Assembly: GCA_048213135.1 (NCBI GenBank)
Contig: PS015098.1
Coordinates: 1 to 52,370, forward strand
Length of the DNA stretch: 52,370 nucleotides
Origin: Reclinomonas americana ATCC 50394
Lineage: Eukaryota
Reading direction: 5' to 3'
Shown: one piece after another, positions 13,301 to 26,266 of the stretch
Numbering within the stretch: the stretch's first letter is position 1
How the letters are laid out: every line of letters begins with the position of its first letter
The notes under the pieces: model-generated
What the model was told of the DNA's origin: nothing
The model's input: the letters and a program-made list of their open reading frames with translations, nothing else
Databases searched by the model: none
Position numbers and translations under genes: made by a program

Positions 13301-15881
13301 TAACAGGGCCATCATCGTATAAGTCTCTTGCGCAACCTCAGTCTTCCCAAGATCTCCCTGCAGCTCCAGAGCGAGAGTACTCTGTAAATTCCGAGTCACA
13401 CGTGAGCATCCCACGTGAAATTACTCCCAGTCCCTCTCCCCTCTCCTCCCCAACATACCAGGCGCACAAACACTCGCGGAGTAGCGGAACCCATACTGCC
13501 TCCGAATTGAACGAGAATGCGTTCCAGGGCAGTGACCAAATTCTCAGTACGGCACTCCATGAGGAGATCGAGCAGTTTCTCGGTGAACTCGGGAATCTGA
13601 TCGCCGATCTCATCGTTGACTGCGCATCGCGAGACGCGACATTAGTGACAGGCGCGAGCGTCGACCACACGAGTGGCAGGGCGCAACTGATGTTCTCGGC
13701 CAGAATCTCACTAATGACGGAGGCAGCCGACGCTTGCAAGGCAATATTCGCAGTGCGAGAGAAGCATGCCGCCACGGCATCAAACACACGGCGCAAGAGG
13801 GAATCGTTGCTCCAGTCCAGCGAAGTGCACTTGTTCACAAACTCCAGCGCCTGTGCGGTGTGCCGCGGTCAGCGCACGTCCAACCTGCATACTATTTCTC
13901 TCTCTCTCCATATCTCCCTCTCCCGACGCAACATCATACACCAAGAAGAGATGGTCCGACGACAGGTCCGGCAGCACGTACGTCAGCAGCAGTGTCTGGA
14001 ACTGCTTGCCGCCCTTTTTCGTCGACAAACCGAGATCGGCAGCCATGTGCTGCAAGGCAAACATCGCAGCTCCCTTGCGCAGCGGTTCGCGGTTTCTCGC
14101 TGACGCCTTGCTCTCTCTGCACGATCGAATCACAATAAGCACTCACGCCGAGACGACTGACGGCACGGTGATCGAGTCGCACGCAACGACACCAAAATGT
14201 CGGTAAGGAACTTCACCAGCGGGTCTTGCAGTTTCTTCTTCGGTCGAGCAGAGCACAAGGCCACAATCGCGTCACATGCATGCGTACGAACATCTGGCTT
14301 GTCCATGGCTACGCAGACAGTTTGAGACTCGAGGTGACACACAACAGAACCGGTGGATGGATACTCACATTCTTGTTCGCGCAAGAACTGCTTCGGATCC
14401 TCCATCAGCAACCGCATTTGTCTGTCGCTGACAATCAGCAGAGGGAATACTGTCTCTGTCACAAAGCCGAGATAGTCCTGCTCGAGGCCATCCATCAGGC
14501 CCTTCTGACCGGCTCTGCACACTGCCACGTCAGCACAACGCGCGCACACAAGAGGAGAGAGACAACTACGCACGCCACATCAAAGAATTGCAGTGCTCGC
14601 TGCACTATCTTTGCCGGTGTTGGGCGTGTGGAATCACCGCCCGCACGTAATATTTGCAGCAGCGTCTCCGCGATCAACGGCGAGCACTCGGAGCGAAGGC
14701 GCGGCGAGTAGCCAGGGTTGCGTTCGTGGATAGCGAATCTAGGGGAGATATCCATATGAAGAGAGCGTCAGACAACCAGCATGGCTCGCGTGGACGACCA
14801 CAGTGCGCCACTGCGCGCACCTCGTGTACAACGAGAGAACAATGTGTGCCGCAGTGTTCTTGAGCTTCCACACAATGTGCGATGCACAGTCGTCGACCGT
14901 CGTGCCTGGTGGGTGCACAGGCGGCGTCAGTTGCACGAGCCGACAGAGCAGCGAAACGAGAGATGCCAGTGCGTCAAAGTCGGCCACAAACTGCGCTGGC
15001 ATGTGTATCTGCGTGCGTCAAAAAAAAAAAACAGAGTCAGTGCGGGCGGAGTGGAAAAGTGTACGCAGCTCGCACGCACGAATACCTTGGTCATGTAGAG
15101 CAGAATCTTGAGAATGCGCCACGCCTTTTGTGCATTCGCCTCTGTCGCATCGGCCAGCGTCGGCGTATACTCTGTGTACCCACTTGTGAGTAATGCAGGC
15201 AACGAGTGCGCGCAGTGGCAATGTGCACATATTCACCTCGACCACTCAGCTCGCCAATCACCTGCTCGGCCAGAGTGCCGAGGGTGGCGCAGAAAAACTC
15301 GAGCGACTCGTCACGGAAGGTGTCCATGGGGTTGCCGCGCTCGTCTTCGTATCGCCGCAGACTGAAGAGAGACTGAGCGGACCAGCAAGCAGGCGAGAAT
15401 ACTGCCAGCAACACTCACCAGTACATCTTGCAAAAGGCCTTGGCCAGCTCCAATCCCGTAAGCATGCGCTCCTCGTCGCCAAGCAATCGGGAAACCGTGC
15501 TGGTCAACGACGGCAGCCGGCCTTGCCGCTCGTACATCATGATGCAGCCGAGCAGCTTGGCATGGATCGGCGGAGTAAACGCAGAAGCCACAAATGTTTC
15601 CAGCACGACTTCAGCGAACTGCGCGTCTTGCTGCACGTCCTCATGCATTCCTCCCCCACTGTGCGTGCAGAGTTTGTGAGGGAATTTTTCCGAACACTGA
15701 CAATGACTCTCCTGCAGCTGCGTACACAACTTCATTCGTGAGCGATGATGCAACCAGGTGGCGGCTGCAAGTTGCACATTGTGTGGCTGTGTGGCATCGG
15801 TGGCAATCCCCAGCAATGCCAGGCGGGCAGTCAGAGGTCCACTGACCTCCATACCCGGCTGGGAGAGAGCAGACATTCAGC

Positions 15882-15931
<50 letters not shown>

Positions 15932-16583
15932 TTCACACACGTATTTACTCTCTCACACACGCGTGTGTGTCTCACCTGTCGCATGATTGTCACTCGCACC
16001 GCCTGCGCCTCTTGTTCGTTGCCTGCGCTCTCTGCGGCCACCTGCGCCTGCAACAAGCGGAGGATCTCATCGTGTGTCGCCACCGCCGATGCCATTGTGT
16101 GTGTATACGATGAGATGTAATGAGACACACAGGTCGGTGTCCAGATCTGCCCGGACACACCGCGACGGAGCGATTGCATTGTTTTTTTCGTGTACACGCG
16201 CGACGAAGGATCGATCGAGCAAGCGACGCGTGGGGCAGAGTGAATGCAAGTGTTTTGCTGCTGTGGCAGCTTTCTGGGCAAAGAAATCGATTCATCTTCC
16301 CAATACACACACACAACTACGCATAATTCCCAATCACTCCCTTCTCAGTTCGTCTCTTCTTCTGCTCTCTCTCTCTCACCCACACAATACCAATCGCTGC
16401 TCTACTTGTCCTCACTGTCGCTCGGTTCCGGCGATTCTGCTCTTCTTGACGAAAACAGCTTGTACACCGCAAATCCTGCGCGCCACACACGAATGAGCAC
16501 GCGATATATAGTGCAGTATTAGCTGCAAGCAGCAAGCAGCAGAAGCAACGCACCTGCCGCCAAAACACCGAGACCCGCTGCTC
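10375..16583. repeat. Segmental duplication, copy B (right)
   Basis: Second copy of the unit [3' end of B-box gene, importin gene, 3' end of tail-anchored gene]; see copy A. Confidence 0.92.
11045..16095 (-). CDS. Importin-7/8-like karyopherin-beta, copy B (colinear multi-exon gene with one internal gap)
   Basis: ATG at 16095 (MASAVATHDEILRLL). Exons include VQLAAATWL (IBN_N-like), AWRILKILLYMTK, IVWKLKNTAAHIVLSLYTR and VFPLLIVSDRQMRLLMEDPKQFLREQ, then an acidic tail; stop at 11045. Many short GT-AG introns. Confidence 0.75.
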
Positions 16584-18087
16584 CATACACTACCCACTTG
16601 TTGCGCAACACCGACGAGACGCCGTCCGCGCTGTCGGCCGTCTGCGCCTCGCTCGCTGCTGCCGCCTTCGGCACACTGGCAACGGCACCAGCTGCCGCAG
16701 GCGCAGTGGCCGACTTGTGTCCCTTGCCCTTCTTCTTCGTGCTGCTGGCCACCGCCGGCGCCTCCGGAGCCTTGACTGGTTCTGGCACTGCTGCGGCCAC
16801 AGCGGCGACTTGAACTGGCGCTGGAGCCGCGACAGGTGCGGAAATGGGAGCAGGTGAAGAGGAGACCGGTGCTGCTGCCTTGCTTGCCGCCGCCGAGGAC
16901 GACGACGACGATTTCTTCGNNNNNNNNNNNNNNNNNNNNNNNNNNNNNNNNNNNNNNNNNNNNNNNNNNNNNNNNNNNNNNNNNNNNNNNNNNNNNNNNN
17001 NNNNNNNNNNNNNNNNNNNNNNNNNNNNNNNNNNNNNNNNNNNNNNNNNNNNNNNNNNNNNNNNNNNNNNNNNNNNNNNNNNNNNNNNNNNNNNNNNNNN
17101 NNNNNNNNNNNNNNNNNNNNNNNNNNNNNNNNNNNNNNNNNNNNNNNNNNNNNNNNNNNNNNNNNNNNNNNNNNNNNNNNNNNNNNNNNNNNNNNNNNNN
17201 NNNNNNNNNNNNNNNNNNNNNNNNNNNNNNNNNNNNNNNNNNNNNNNNNNNNNNNNNNNNNNNNNNNNNNNNNNNNNNNNCGTGGTGGTGGCGGCCGCGG
17301 TGGCCGCTGGCGCAGGAGTCGCCTTGGCCGGTCGGGACGGCACTGGTGCCACCACCGCGGGAGCGGCAGCAGAAGCAGCAGCAGCAGTCGTCGTTGTTGT
17401 CGTGTGTGCCGCCGTCTTGAACGATGGCTTGGAGCTGACGGTTCTTGTCGTCGTTGATTCGGATTCGGCAGCGACAACAGAGAGAGTGGGAGCAGCGGCA
17501 GCAGCAGTCCGTGGTGGCGAAACTGTGCGTGCGGCGGGAGGAGCCGGGGCCGGAGCCGCAGCAGCCTTGGCAGTGACCACCGCCGCAGCAGCGTACGACG
17601 CCTTGGACGCCGAGGCGGATGAGGACGACGACGTTGGCGCCACACCCTTCGAGCCCGGCAACGGTGGATCGGCGGCATTGGAGAACACCGGTGCCGCCTG
17701 CTGCTGCGCCTGCCCAGAGGGTGGCGGCGGCGATGTGGCATTGGCGCGCTTCGACATGGGCTGGAACGCCGGTGCCGACACCACCAACGACGGCGACAGT
17801 GGCGTGGTGCGCACCGACGGCTTGTTGGCGGCGGAGAACGCACCTCCACTGCTGCTGCTCATCATCATCAGGCTGCTGTTCGCACTGCCACCATTGGCAA
17901 ACTGATCGTGATCATCAAGTGAGCCAATCGACGATGCCGTGGTCGACAGATCCAACGAGATGTTGGTGGAGCTCCCGAGAGGCGCAAACGACAACATCCC
18001 ATCATCCACAGCCATGCGCTGCTGCTGATGCTGTTGTCTCTCCTCGCGCGACACGGTGTTGCGTTTCTTCCGATCGGCTTTCTGCAT
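16519..18087 (-). CDS. Ala/Ser/Pro/Thr-rich low-complexity protein with C-terminal transmembrane anchor and PAM2-like motif (5' end uncertain, internal gap)
   Basis: Long ORF with coding-like composition, ending KWVVYGAAGLGVLAAGALLLLLAACS-stop. PSLVVSAPAFQP at ~17758-17793 fits PAM2 spacing (L3, A7, F10, P12). Confidence 0.7.
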   Translation of the reverse strand: MQKADRKKRNTVSREERQQHQQQRMAVDDGMLSFAPLGSSTNISLDLSTTASSIGSLDDHDQFANGGSANSSLMMMSSSSGGAFSAANKPSVRTTPLSPSLVVSAPAFQPMSKRANATSPPPPSGQAQQQAAPVFSNAADPPLPGSKGVAPTSSSSSASASKASYAAAAVVTAKAAAAPAPAPPAARTVSPPRTAAAAAPTLSVVAAESESTTTRTVSSKPSFKTAAHTTTTTTAAAASAAAPAVVAPVPSRPAKATPAPAATAAATTTXXXXXXXXXXXXXXXXXXXXXXXXXXXXXXXXXXXXXXXXXXXXXXXXXXXXXXXXXXXXXXXXXXXXXXXXXXXXXXXXXXXXXXXXXXXXXXXXXXXXXXXXXXXXXXXXXXXXXXXXXKKSSSSSSAAASKAAAPVSSSPAPISAPVAAPAPVQVAAVAAAVPEPVKAPEAPAVASSTKKKGKGHKSATAPAAAGAVASVPKAAAASEAQTADSADGVSSVLRNKWVVYGAAGLGVLAAGALLLLLAACS

Positions 18088-18165
18088 CGCAGTCGCCGAG
18101 TGAGCGAGTGGCACACACACACGCACACACTCTTTCTCCTTTCATNNNNNNNNNNNNNNNNNNNN

Positions 18166-19021
18166 AGATCGAAAATGAGCACATTGTGCTCACCCTGCAT
18201 CGACTTCTGCTTGTCGAGGCCGTACGCAATGGCGGCGGCCGTCGGCTCGTTGATGATGCGCAGCACGTCGAGGCCGGCAATCTGCCCAGCGTCCTTGGTG
18301 GCCGTGCGCTGCGAGTCGTTGAAGTAGGCCGGCACTGTGACCACGGCCTTGGTGACCTTCTTGCCGAGGTACGACTCGGCCGTCTCCTTCATCTTGACGA
18401 GCACCATGGCCGAGATCTCCTCGGCCGCGAATTGCTTGGTCTCGTTCTGGTACATGACCTCAATCATGGGCTTGTCGTTCGGGCCCTGCACGACGGTGAA
18501 CGGCCACAGCGCCTTGTCGGCCTGCACCGTCGCGTCGCTGAACTTGCGGCCAATCAGGCGCTTGGCGTCGAAGACTGTAAAGAGGGGCAAGATATAAATA
18601 ACCACGGACAACAAATAAAGAAAAGGGAAGGTGATGACGTACCCGTGTTGAGCGGGTTCATGGCAGCGTGGTTCTTCGCCGCGTCGCCGATGAGGCGCTC
18701 AGACTCCGTGAAGCTGCGCGTGGGTGGAGCGAGTGAGATTCGGTGACGACGACATGTGCAGAAGTGAGGACATGTGCACATGTGCACACGTCATCGACCA
18801 ACACAAACAAACCTCACATACGACGGAGTGGTGCGGTTGCCCTGGTCGTTGGCGATGATGCTGACCTGGTTGTTCTCCTGCGGACAACAAAGAGAAAGTG
18901 TCAGAGAGTGGGGGTTGTGGATGACGACATGCTCCCACTTTCGTCGACAACTCACCCACACGCCGACACAGCTGTAGGTCGTGCCGAGATCGATGCCGAT
19001 GGCTCCCTGGTACACCGCCAT
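18166..19021 (-). CDS. HSP70: Cytosolic Hsp70, 5' part (4 exons; remainder lost at the gap 18146-18165)
   Basis: Signatures [82 protein letters not shown] and NVLIFD. No N-terminal targeting peptide. Confidence 0.97.
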
Positions 19022-19325
19022 TTCTTGTAGGTTGGTGGTTAAAAAAAAAGTAGTCTGTGGGAGGGCGCGAAAGGCAGTTAGATTTTTTGTTGGGGGAAGG
19101 AGGAGTAGAGAGAGAGGGAGGATGGGGGGAGAGGGGGGACGCAACTGGATTAGGGGGTTAACAAAAGATTAGCGGGGGCCGACGGTCAGCTCTCCGACGA
19201 TAGAAAAATTAATTGTGGATCGGAGTGGACTGTAAATGGACCGAGTTGGCATACGGCAGTTTCCGGCAGTTTTTGCTCGAATTCGATGACAACTTCGGAG
19301 AGACCGGATGTGCAGATATATTTGC

Positions 19326-19668
19326 TCAACTAAATGCATGTGTATGTGCCAGTTCGCGTCCGGCCGACTGCGTGAGCCACATGGCCAGCGAGGGAGGCAT
19401 GCGGCGGCGGGCAGCGGCGGCCGCGCGTGCTGACGCGGGGAGCAGTCGGCGGGTGTCAAAGTCGCGGAAGCCGACGCTCATGGCGCCAATGTCGGCGTCG
19501 TGCTGGAGGCTGCACAGAGGGGAAGGGGAATGTGAGGGGAAGAAGGGAGGAAGGAGGGGAAAGGGGGGAGTGAGAGGGGAAGGACGAGAGGTGGACAGCT
19601 GCTATGTCACATCTTCTTGACACAATGTATTGCAGAGCAAGGAGGAGGAGGAGGAGGAGGAGGAGAGA

Positions 19669-19700
<32 letters not shown>

Positions 19701-22700
19701 ACAGAGAGAAAGAGAGTACTTTTTCACAACAAAATAGTGTCGATGGGGACGAAGAGAGTTAGCACAGGAAAGGTGGACAGCTGTCGTGCTCCGTGTCCCT
19801 GTTCTTCTGCAGCACAGTGTCAAAGATAGAGTGGCGAAACGACAAGATCGTTTCCGAGAGAGACGATGGACGACAGAGTGAGGAAGGACGAGAACGAGAA
19901 AAGAGAGAGAGGTGAACAGCTGTTGTGTCACTCAGTACGATAGCTCTTGCTTCTGCTGACGACATGGTTGACTTCTGAACAAGAAAAGAGAGGATAATTG
20001 TGGTTATCGTGCGCACCTGTGAACACCGCAGCTCATCTTCTTGTCCGTGATAGAGAAAAGGAGAGACAACTAGTACTGTATGCATCTGCAACTGTGTTTT
20101 GCGTGTCGCATCACTTCAGTGAATTGGTCAGAGATAGTGCACGAGAGACAACTGCATGCATGTGTGACGAACGCCTCGGTTGTCTTGCACACAGTGAGAG
20201 ATGGCACCATCGCTCATGGAAGCGAGGAAACAAGTGTGCTGTGCATTTCTGCTCCCTCCCTCCCTCCCTCTCCCCGTCCCCCCCCCCCACGCAACAATTG
20301 CAGTGGATTCGGCTTGGCCTCACGACTCTGCAACCAGTCGCGACTGACCTGCTTGGCCACCTGTCGCGGCACCAGCACGCCTTGCTCCGGAGTAATGGAC
20401 GTGGTGGCCGCCGCCGTCATCACCGCCTCTTCGTCGACGTGTCGCCGTCGACCGGCCAGTAACGAGATCTCCTCGGGCTTGGGCTCGCGATCCACGCGCG
20501 TCAAACCGTCAAAAGTGCGCTCGTCAGGCCTCTTGTCGAGCACCAGTCGCGCCACCGCCGCCTCCAGTCGCTGCTCGCGCCACGCTTCGTCGGTGCGTCG
20601 GTCGAGCTCCTCGCGCACCAGCTGCGTGACGCGCTGCACCTCGTCGTCGGACAGCACATCGCTGTCTCTCCGCTTCTTCTCCTGCAACAACGACAACTCG
20701 TATTCGCTGCGCGCCGCCGCCTTTTTCGCCACTTTCGACGACAGCAGGCCGCGACTTGCATCCGACTGGATAGTCGTTGTGGTCGTCGTCGAAGCACTTG
20801 CCAGCAGTGCGCGTGGTCTCTCGGGGTTGCCCGTGGCCGCCACGCCCGGTCCAGCATCTGCGGTGGTGATCCACGTGAGTGAACAAGCACGCCGTCGGCC
20901 GTCAGCAACACATGGCACGCAACTCTCCTTCCCCATGGATGGCTTCTTGTTCGCCTCGGTCGGCGCCACGCGCTGCGGCTGGGGAATGCGCACTGGCTTG
21001 CGCCGTCGGACGGGCGGTCCGGTGCGATTGGCGGCACTGTCTGGATTGACAGTCATGGTGCGTGTCAGCGGCTGTGGTGGCGGTCGTGGTGCCGGTGTTG
21101 GTGAAGGCGGTCGCCGTGGCGCCAGTTCGTCGCTTCCGCCGTCCTCGTCGTCACCTCTGCCGGCAATCGTGACACGACGGCGGGCGGCAGGGGGTTGTGA
21201 CGATGGTGGAGGTGGAGGTGGTGGTGGCGGGGGCTGTGGCCGAATGGCAGTCATCTGCGAACGAGCAAGGAGGTGAGAGGAAATGCTGCAAGGAGAGGGT
21301 AAGCGAGAGGAAAAGGCCAGCGCACCACTGGCGGACGCCTTGGCACGAGTGAATCGTCGTCGTCGTCGTCGTCGCCATCACTGTCGCTCATGACTCCGCG
21401 GGCTCGGTAGCGTTGTCGACTTGGTCCTGCAATGTACGCAGTGAGAGGCCATCCTCACTAAGACCATGTGAGTGCATGACACGCAACTCGATGCGCGATA
21501 ATCGTCGTCAACATCATCGTCCAGCGTCTCAGCAATGAGATCGTCAAACGCGTCAATGTCCGGCGTCGCCGCGATGCGTCGTGTAATGGCGTCAATGGTC
21601 GCCACCGAGTCGGCAGGTGCGCGAGCAGGCGAATAGTGACGGGGAACGGCGGGCTTGGGCGTGTGACCGATTTGCGACGAAAGCAGGTTGAACACGGCCG
21701 ACTCGCTGTCGACTCGCACCGCCGGCTGCGGCACAGCGCCGTCGGTGAGATATGTGTCGACCCACTCGTCAGGTGGGAACACGTAGGCACTGCCGTCGTC
21801 GCAAATGCACGCGACACCGGCGCGACCATCTGGAGTGCCAGGATGAGTGACATAAAGAGAGAGAGATGGAGTGGTGAGAAAGAATAAACGAACCAGCGAG
21901 CTGCACAATCGCACAGTAAACGATGGGCGCGTCAAACTGGCGCACCATCAGTCGTGTCCACTCGCGAGTCTAGTACACAAGTGTCAGATGCGCGTGGCGA
22001 TGACCCAAATCAAGCGTCAACAATAACGCACCTCCATGACCGACAGCGAGCGGTCGGCAGACGCAATCACGCAGATGCCGTGACGCAGGGAGGCGTCGCA
22101 GCAACAGATGGTGCTGTGATGCAGAGCCTCCAGGAAGGCCATGAGTCGAGCGTCGGAGGTGTCGTACACGTACACTGAGCCCTGATTGTTGCCGCACATC
22201 AACAGGCCCGGCACCAGCGACTGTTCAAGCAAAGCATGCTAATGAGAGTGGCGGTGAGACAGACACTCTCTTCATCCTCACACACCTTTGGTCCGTCGTC
22301 ATCCACGTCCGCATTCGCCTCGGCCGGCAACGGGCAAAAGTACATGTGTGTGAAGGGGAAGGACTCCACCAGCAGCGATCGGAGGCGGCTGCCGTCAGCG
22401 GCATTCCACCTATTCACCACACACATGAGAATCACTTATTCCAATCGCTTGCACTCCACAGTGCGACGCAACACATGAATGGCGGAATCGCTGCCGGCGG
22501 TGACGAGTTGCACGCGGTCGTCACCATCGTGCTCCGACACCACAAATGCCACCGACGATACGGTGCCCTGATGTGCCCCAGCCAGCAACGCACCCCGCTC
22601 GTAGTGCAACTGCATGATGCTGGGGTGAAAGTACGAGGTGATGGTGGTCACGCGCTCCGTGCGCAGCCGCCACAACTGCACATTGCCTTGCGCGTCGGCC

Positions 22701-24113
22701 GCACAGCCCCACACCGTGTTGGTGGGCGCCACTCGTCGCGTGGCCACCGCCGTCACTGTCGCCGACATGTGTGCTACTTGCGCCACCGCCGTGCCCGCCG
22801 CAAACGACGATCGCAAATCCGCAAACGACACGCTGCCTGCGCCCTCCTCCAGGCCCGTCAACTGCGGCGCCAACAGCGCCGCAAAGGCCTTGTTCGAGTG
22901 CGAATGCGCGTACACCACGCACAGGCACAGGTGCTCGTATTCGTGGCCTTGACCGCACGGCATCAGCTCGGAGTCGAACGTGGACCATGGTCGCGTGTCG
23001 ATTTGCGGGAGGGGTGTGGGTGCGGAGGGGCGTGGCAGGGCGCACACGCATTCGCGGAGTCGCGTGCGGGAGATTACGCGGGAGCAGGAGCGGTCCCAGG
23101 CGCACAGCCTGCGGATTAGGGGAAGGGCAAAGGGGGAAGGGAGGAGAGGGAAGGGGAAGAGATGAGGGGGAAAGGAGGTGAGATGGTGGAGAGGGGGGAG
23201 AAGGGAGAGGGAGAGAGTGAGCCGCGGGTAATCAAAGGGTGACGAGTGAACAGGAGGCTTGAGAGAGAGAGAGAGAGAGAGAGAAGAGGAGGATCGACAG
23301 TGGAATGAGTGAAGATGATCGAGGGACTGAGTGACCGCGTGATCTCCAGTGATCGAGTACATTGTGAGCAAGTGGGAGAGTGAGCGAGGGAATGCAGGAA
23401 AGTGTGTAAAGGCGAGTAAGAGCAAAACTGCTTAAGCGAGGAGTTGTCAACTGAGCGATCATGATAGATCGAGGGAGAAAGCAAGTGAGCGAGCGAGAGA
23501 ACGGGGGGTGGGAGAGAGAGAGAGAGAAGAGGGAGAGAAAGGAGCGATCGAGAGAAGGGGTGAGTGTGTAAGGTGAGTAGGAGGAGCGAGGGAAGGGATT
23601 GTGTTGTCAGCTGAGCGATCNNNNNNNNNNNNNNNNNNNNNNNNNNNNNNNNNNNNNNNNNNNNNNNNNNNNNNNNNNNNNNNNNNNNNNNNNNNNNNNN
23701 NNNNNNNNNNNNNNNNNNNNNNNNNNNNNNNNNNNNNNNNNNNNNNNNNNNNNNNNNNNNNNNNNNNNNNNNNNNNNNNNNNNNNNNNNNNNNNNNNNNN
23801 NNNNNNNNNNNNNNNNNNNNNNNNNGAGTGCGAGAGAACGGGAGAGAGAGAGTGAACATGAGAGAGCGCGAGTGAGAATGTGAGTCGTCTACCTGTGCGT
23901 GTGCGTGTACGTGCGTGTGCGTGAGAGAGCTGACGTGTCAAAAACGCACCACACACCACCCCGCCGATCGCCCACACACAACAACAGCGGACCAACCGCG
24001 CGCGGCACACGCACAATGCACGCACTCGTCGCCACCGCTCTCTTCACATCGTCATCACCAGGCGCGCCGCTGGCCTGCAGCGGGCACAGACGATGACCCT
24101 CGATGCACTCCAT
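19326..24113 (-). CDS. Multi-exon WD40-repeat protein with low-complexity/coiled-coil C-terminal half
   Basis: WD-like blades: CAADAQGNVQLWRL, GAHQGTVSSVAF...LVTAGSDSAIH, LMCGNNQGSVYVYDT, CVIASADRSLSVMEV, ACICDDGSAYVF (loosely WDR7/WDR72-like). Large exon ~20290-21255; last exon ~19326-19510. Joining of all exons into one gene is inferred. Confidence 0.6.
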
Positions 24114-24570
24114 TCGCCTTCTCTCGCCAGAAACAATGAAATGATGGAGGTTTTCGCGCGCAAATTGGTGAGTGTCGGCTTCGTGGTGTGTTACGCGCGC
24201 GCGTGTGTGTGCTGGTGTATAAAGTGCGTGGACAACGACGCTTGTGCACAGCTGCGCCTGTGAAGGTGTGGATTTAGCAAATTGCAAACCGGTGTCCTGC
24301 GCATGCTCAAGGGTCAAGGGCAGATGGTAGACGGCATGCAAGCATGCCACTGGGTGTACGATACCAAGGCGAACAAGCAGCGATAGCAAGAACGTCCAGG
24401 TTTGCGTGAAACCAAGATTCGCGAAGTTGCGACGTCGACACCTCCAACACATCTCGAGTCGCGCGCAACGCACAATCCTCACCACACAACGGTCCGGAAG
24501 CTCGCACACTGCACCAGGCGCTCCCCCAAACAAAGTTGTCCCACTTCACCAACATTTTCGCGCGCAAAAA

Positions 24571-26235
24571 ATGTCATCTCGGAGCGAAGCTCGTGTGCGT
24601 ATCCTCGCCGCGCATCTCTCAGCTGCAGCAACAGCAGTGCGCACCAATGAAGTCGACGAGTACGGCGCCAGCGGATCAGGCACTGCCATGTCGGAGTTGA
24701 CACCGGAGATGGTCTCGGGTAACGACGAGGCCGAGGCGGAGGAGGAGAGTGCACAAGAGTCGCCACTGACTGCATCCGTTGCGTTGAGCAGTGTGAGTGA
24801 GGAGAGTGTGCGTGNNNNNNNNNNNNNNNNNNNNNNNNNNNNNNNNNNNNNNNNNNNNNNNNNNNNNNNNNNNNNNNNNNNNNNNNNNNNNNNNNNNNNN
24901 NNNNNNNNNNNNNNNNNNNNNNNNNNNNNNNNNNNNNNNNNNNNNNNNNNNNNNNNNNNNNNNNNNNNNNNNNNNNNNNNNNNNNNNNNNNNNNNNNNNN
25001 NNNNNNNNNNNNNNNNNNNNNNNNNNNNNNNNNNNNNNNNNNNNNNNNNNNNNNNNNNNNNNNNNNNNNNNNNNNNNNNNNNNNNNNNNNNNNNNNNNNN
25101 NNNNNNNNNNNNNNNNNNNNNNNNNNNNNNNNNNNNNNNNNNNNNNNNNNNNNNNNNNNNNNNNNNNNNNNNNNNNNNNNNNNNNNNNNNNNNNNNNNNN
25201 NNNNNNNNNNNNNNNNNNNNNNNNNNNNNNNNNNNNNNNNNNNNNNNNNNNNNNNNNNNNNNNNNNNNNNNNNNNNNNNNNNNNNNNNNNNNNNNNNNNN
25301 NNNNNNNNNNNNNNNNNNNNNNNNNNNNNNNNNNNNNNNNNNNNNNNNNNNNNNNNNNNNNNNNNNNNNNNNNNNNNNNNNNNNNNNNNNNNNNNNNNNN
25401 NNNNNNNNNNNNNNNNNNNNNNNNNNNNNNNNNNNNNNNNTCCAACTGCCCAAAGGCCTTGACAAACGGCGTCCGCACACCGCACACAATCACCGCACGC
25501 TGCTTTGCCCCTGCACAGAACAGTCAAACACAACATTGCACCTCTCTCTCTGCCTCTCACACACGCACACACACACCTTGCGCAGCCTCCACACCAGAGC
25601 CCCACACAGGCTGCACACACCATGCACACACAGATGAGCGCGCCATTGNNNNNNNNNNNNNNNNNNNNNNNNNNNNNNNNNNNNNNNNNNNNNNNNNNNN
25701 NNNNNNNNNNNNNNNNNNNNNNNNNNNNNNNNNNNNNNNNNNNNNNNNNNNNNNNNNNNNNNNNNNNNNNNNNNNNNNNNNNNNNNNNNNNNNNNNNNNN
25801 NNNNNNNNNNNNNNNNNNNNNNNNNNNNNNNNNNNNNNNNNNNNNNNNNNNNNNNNNNNNNNNNNNNNNNNNNNNNNNNNNNNNNNNNNNNNNNNNNNNN
25901 NNNNNNNNNNNNNNNNNNNNNNNNNNNNNNNNNNNNNNNNNNNNNNNNNNNNNNNNNNNNNNNNNNNNNNNNNNNNNNNNNNNNNNNNNNNNNNNNNNNN
26001 NNNNNNNNNNNNNNNNNNNNNNNNNNNNNNNNNNNNNNNNNNNNNNNNNNNNNNNNNNNNNNNNNNNNNNNNNNNNNNNNNNNNNNNNNNNNNNNNNNNN
26101 NNNNNNNNNNNNNNNNGGAGGTGAGGGAAGAGAGAGGGAGAGAGAGAAACAGGGTGGAGGAGAAGGGAGGGAGAATGCAGAGAGAGGAGACTGCAAAGTG
26201 AGAGAATGCATGCGAAAGGAGAATTGAGTCGCAAA

Positions 26236-26266
<31 letters not shown>

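Noticed and set aside
16519-19021. Hsp70 ATPase domain fused to a low-complexity tail-anchored protein
   Set aside because: The two are separated by a placeholder gap, and Hsp70 is cut mid-motif (NVLIFD); the missing sequence must lie in the gap.
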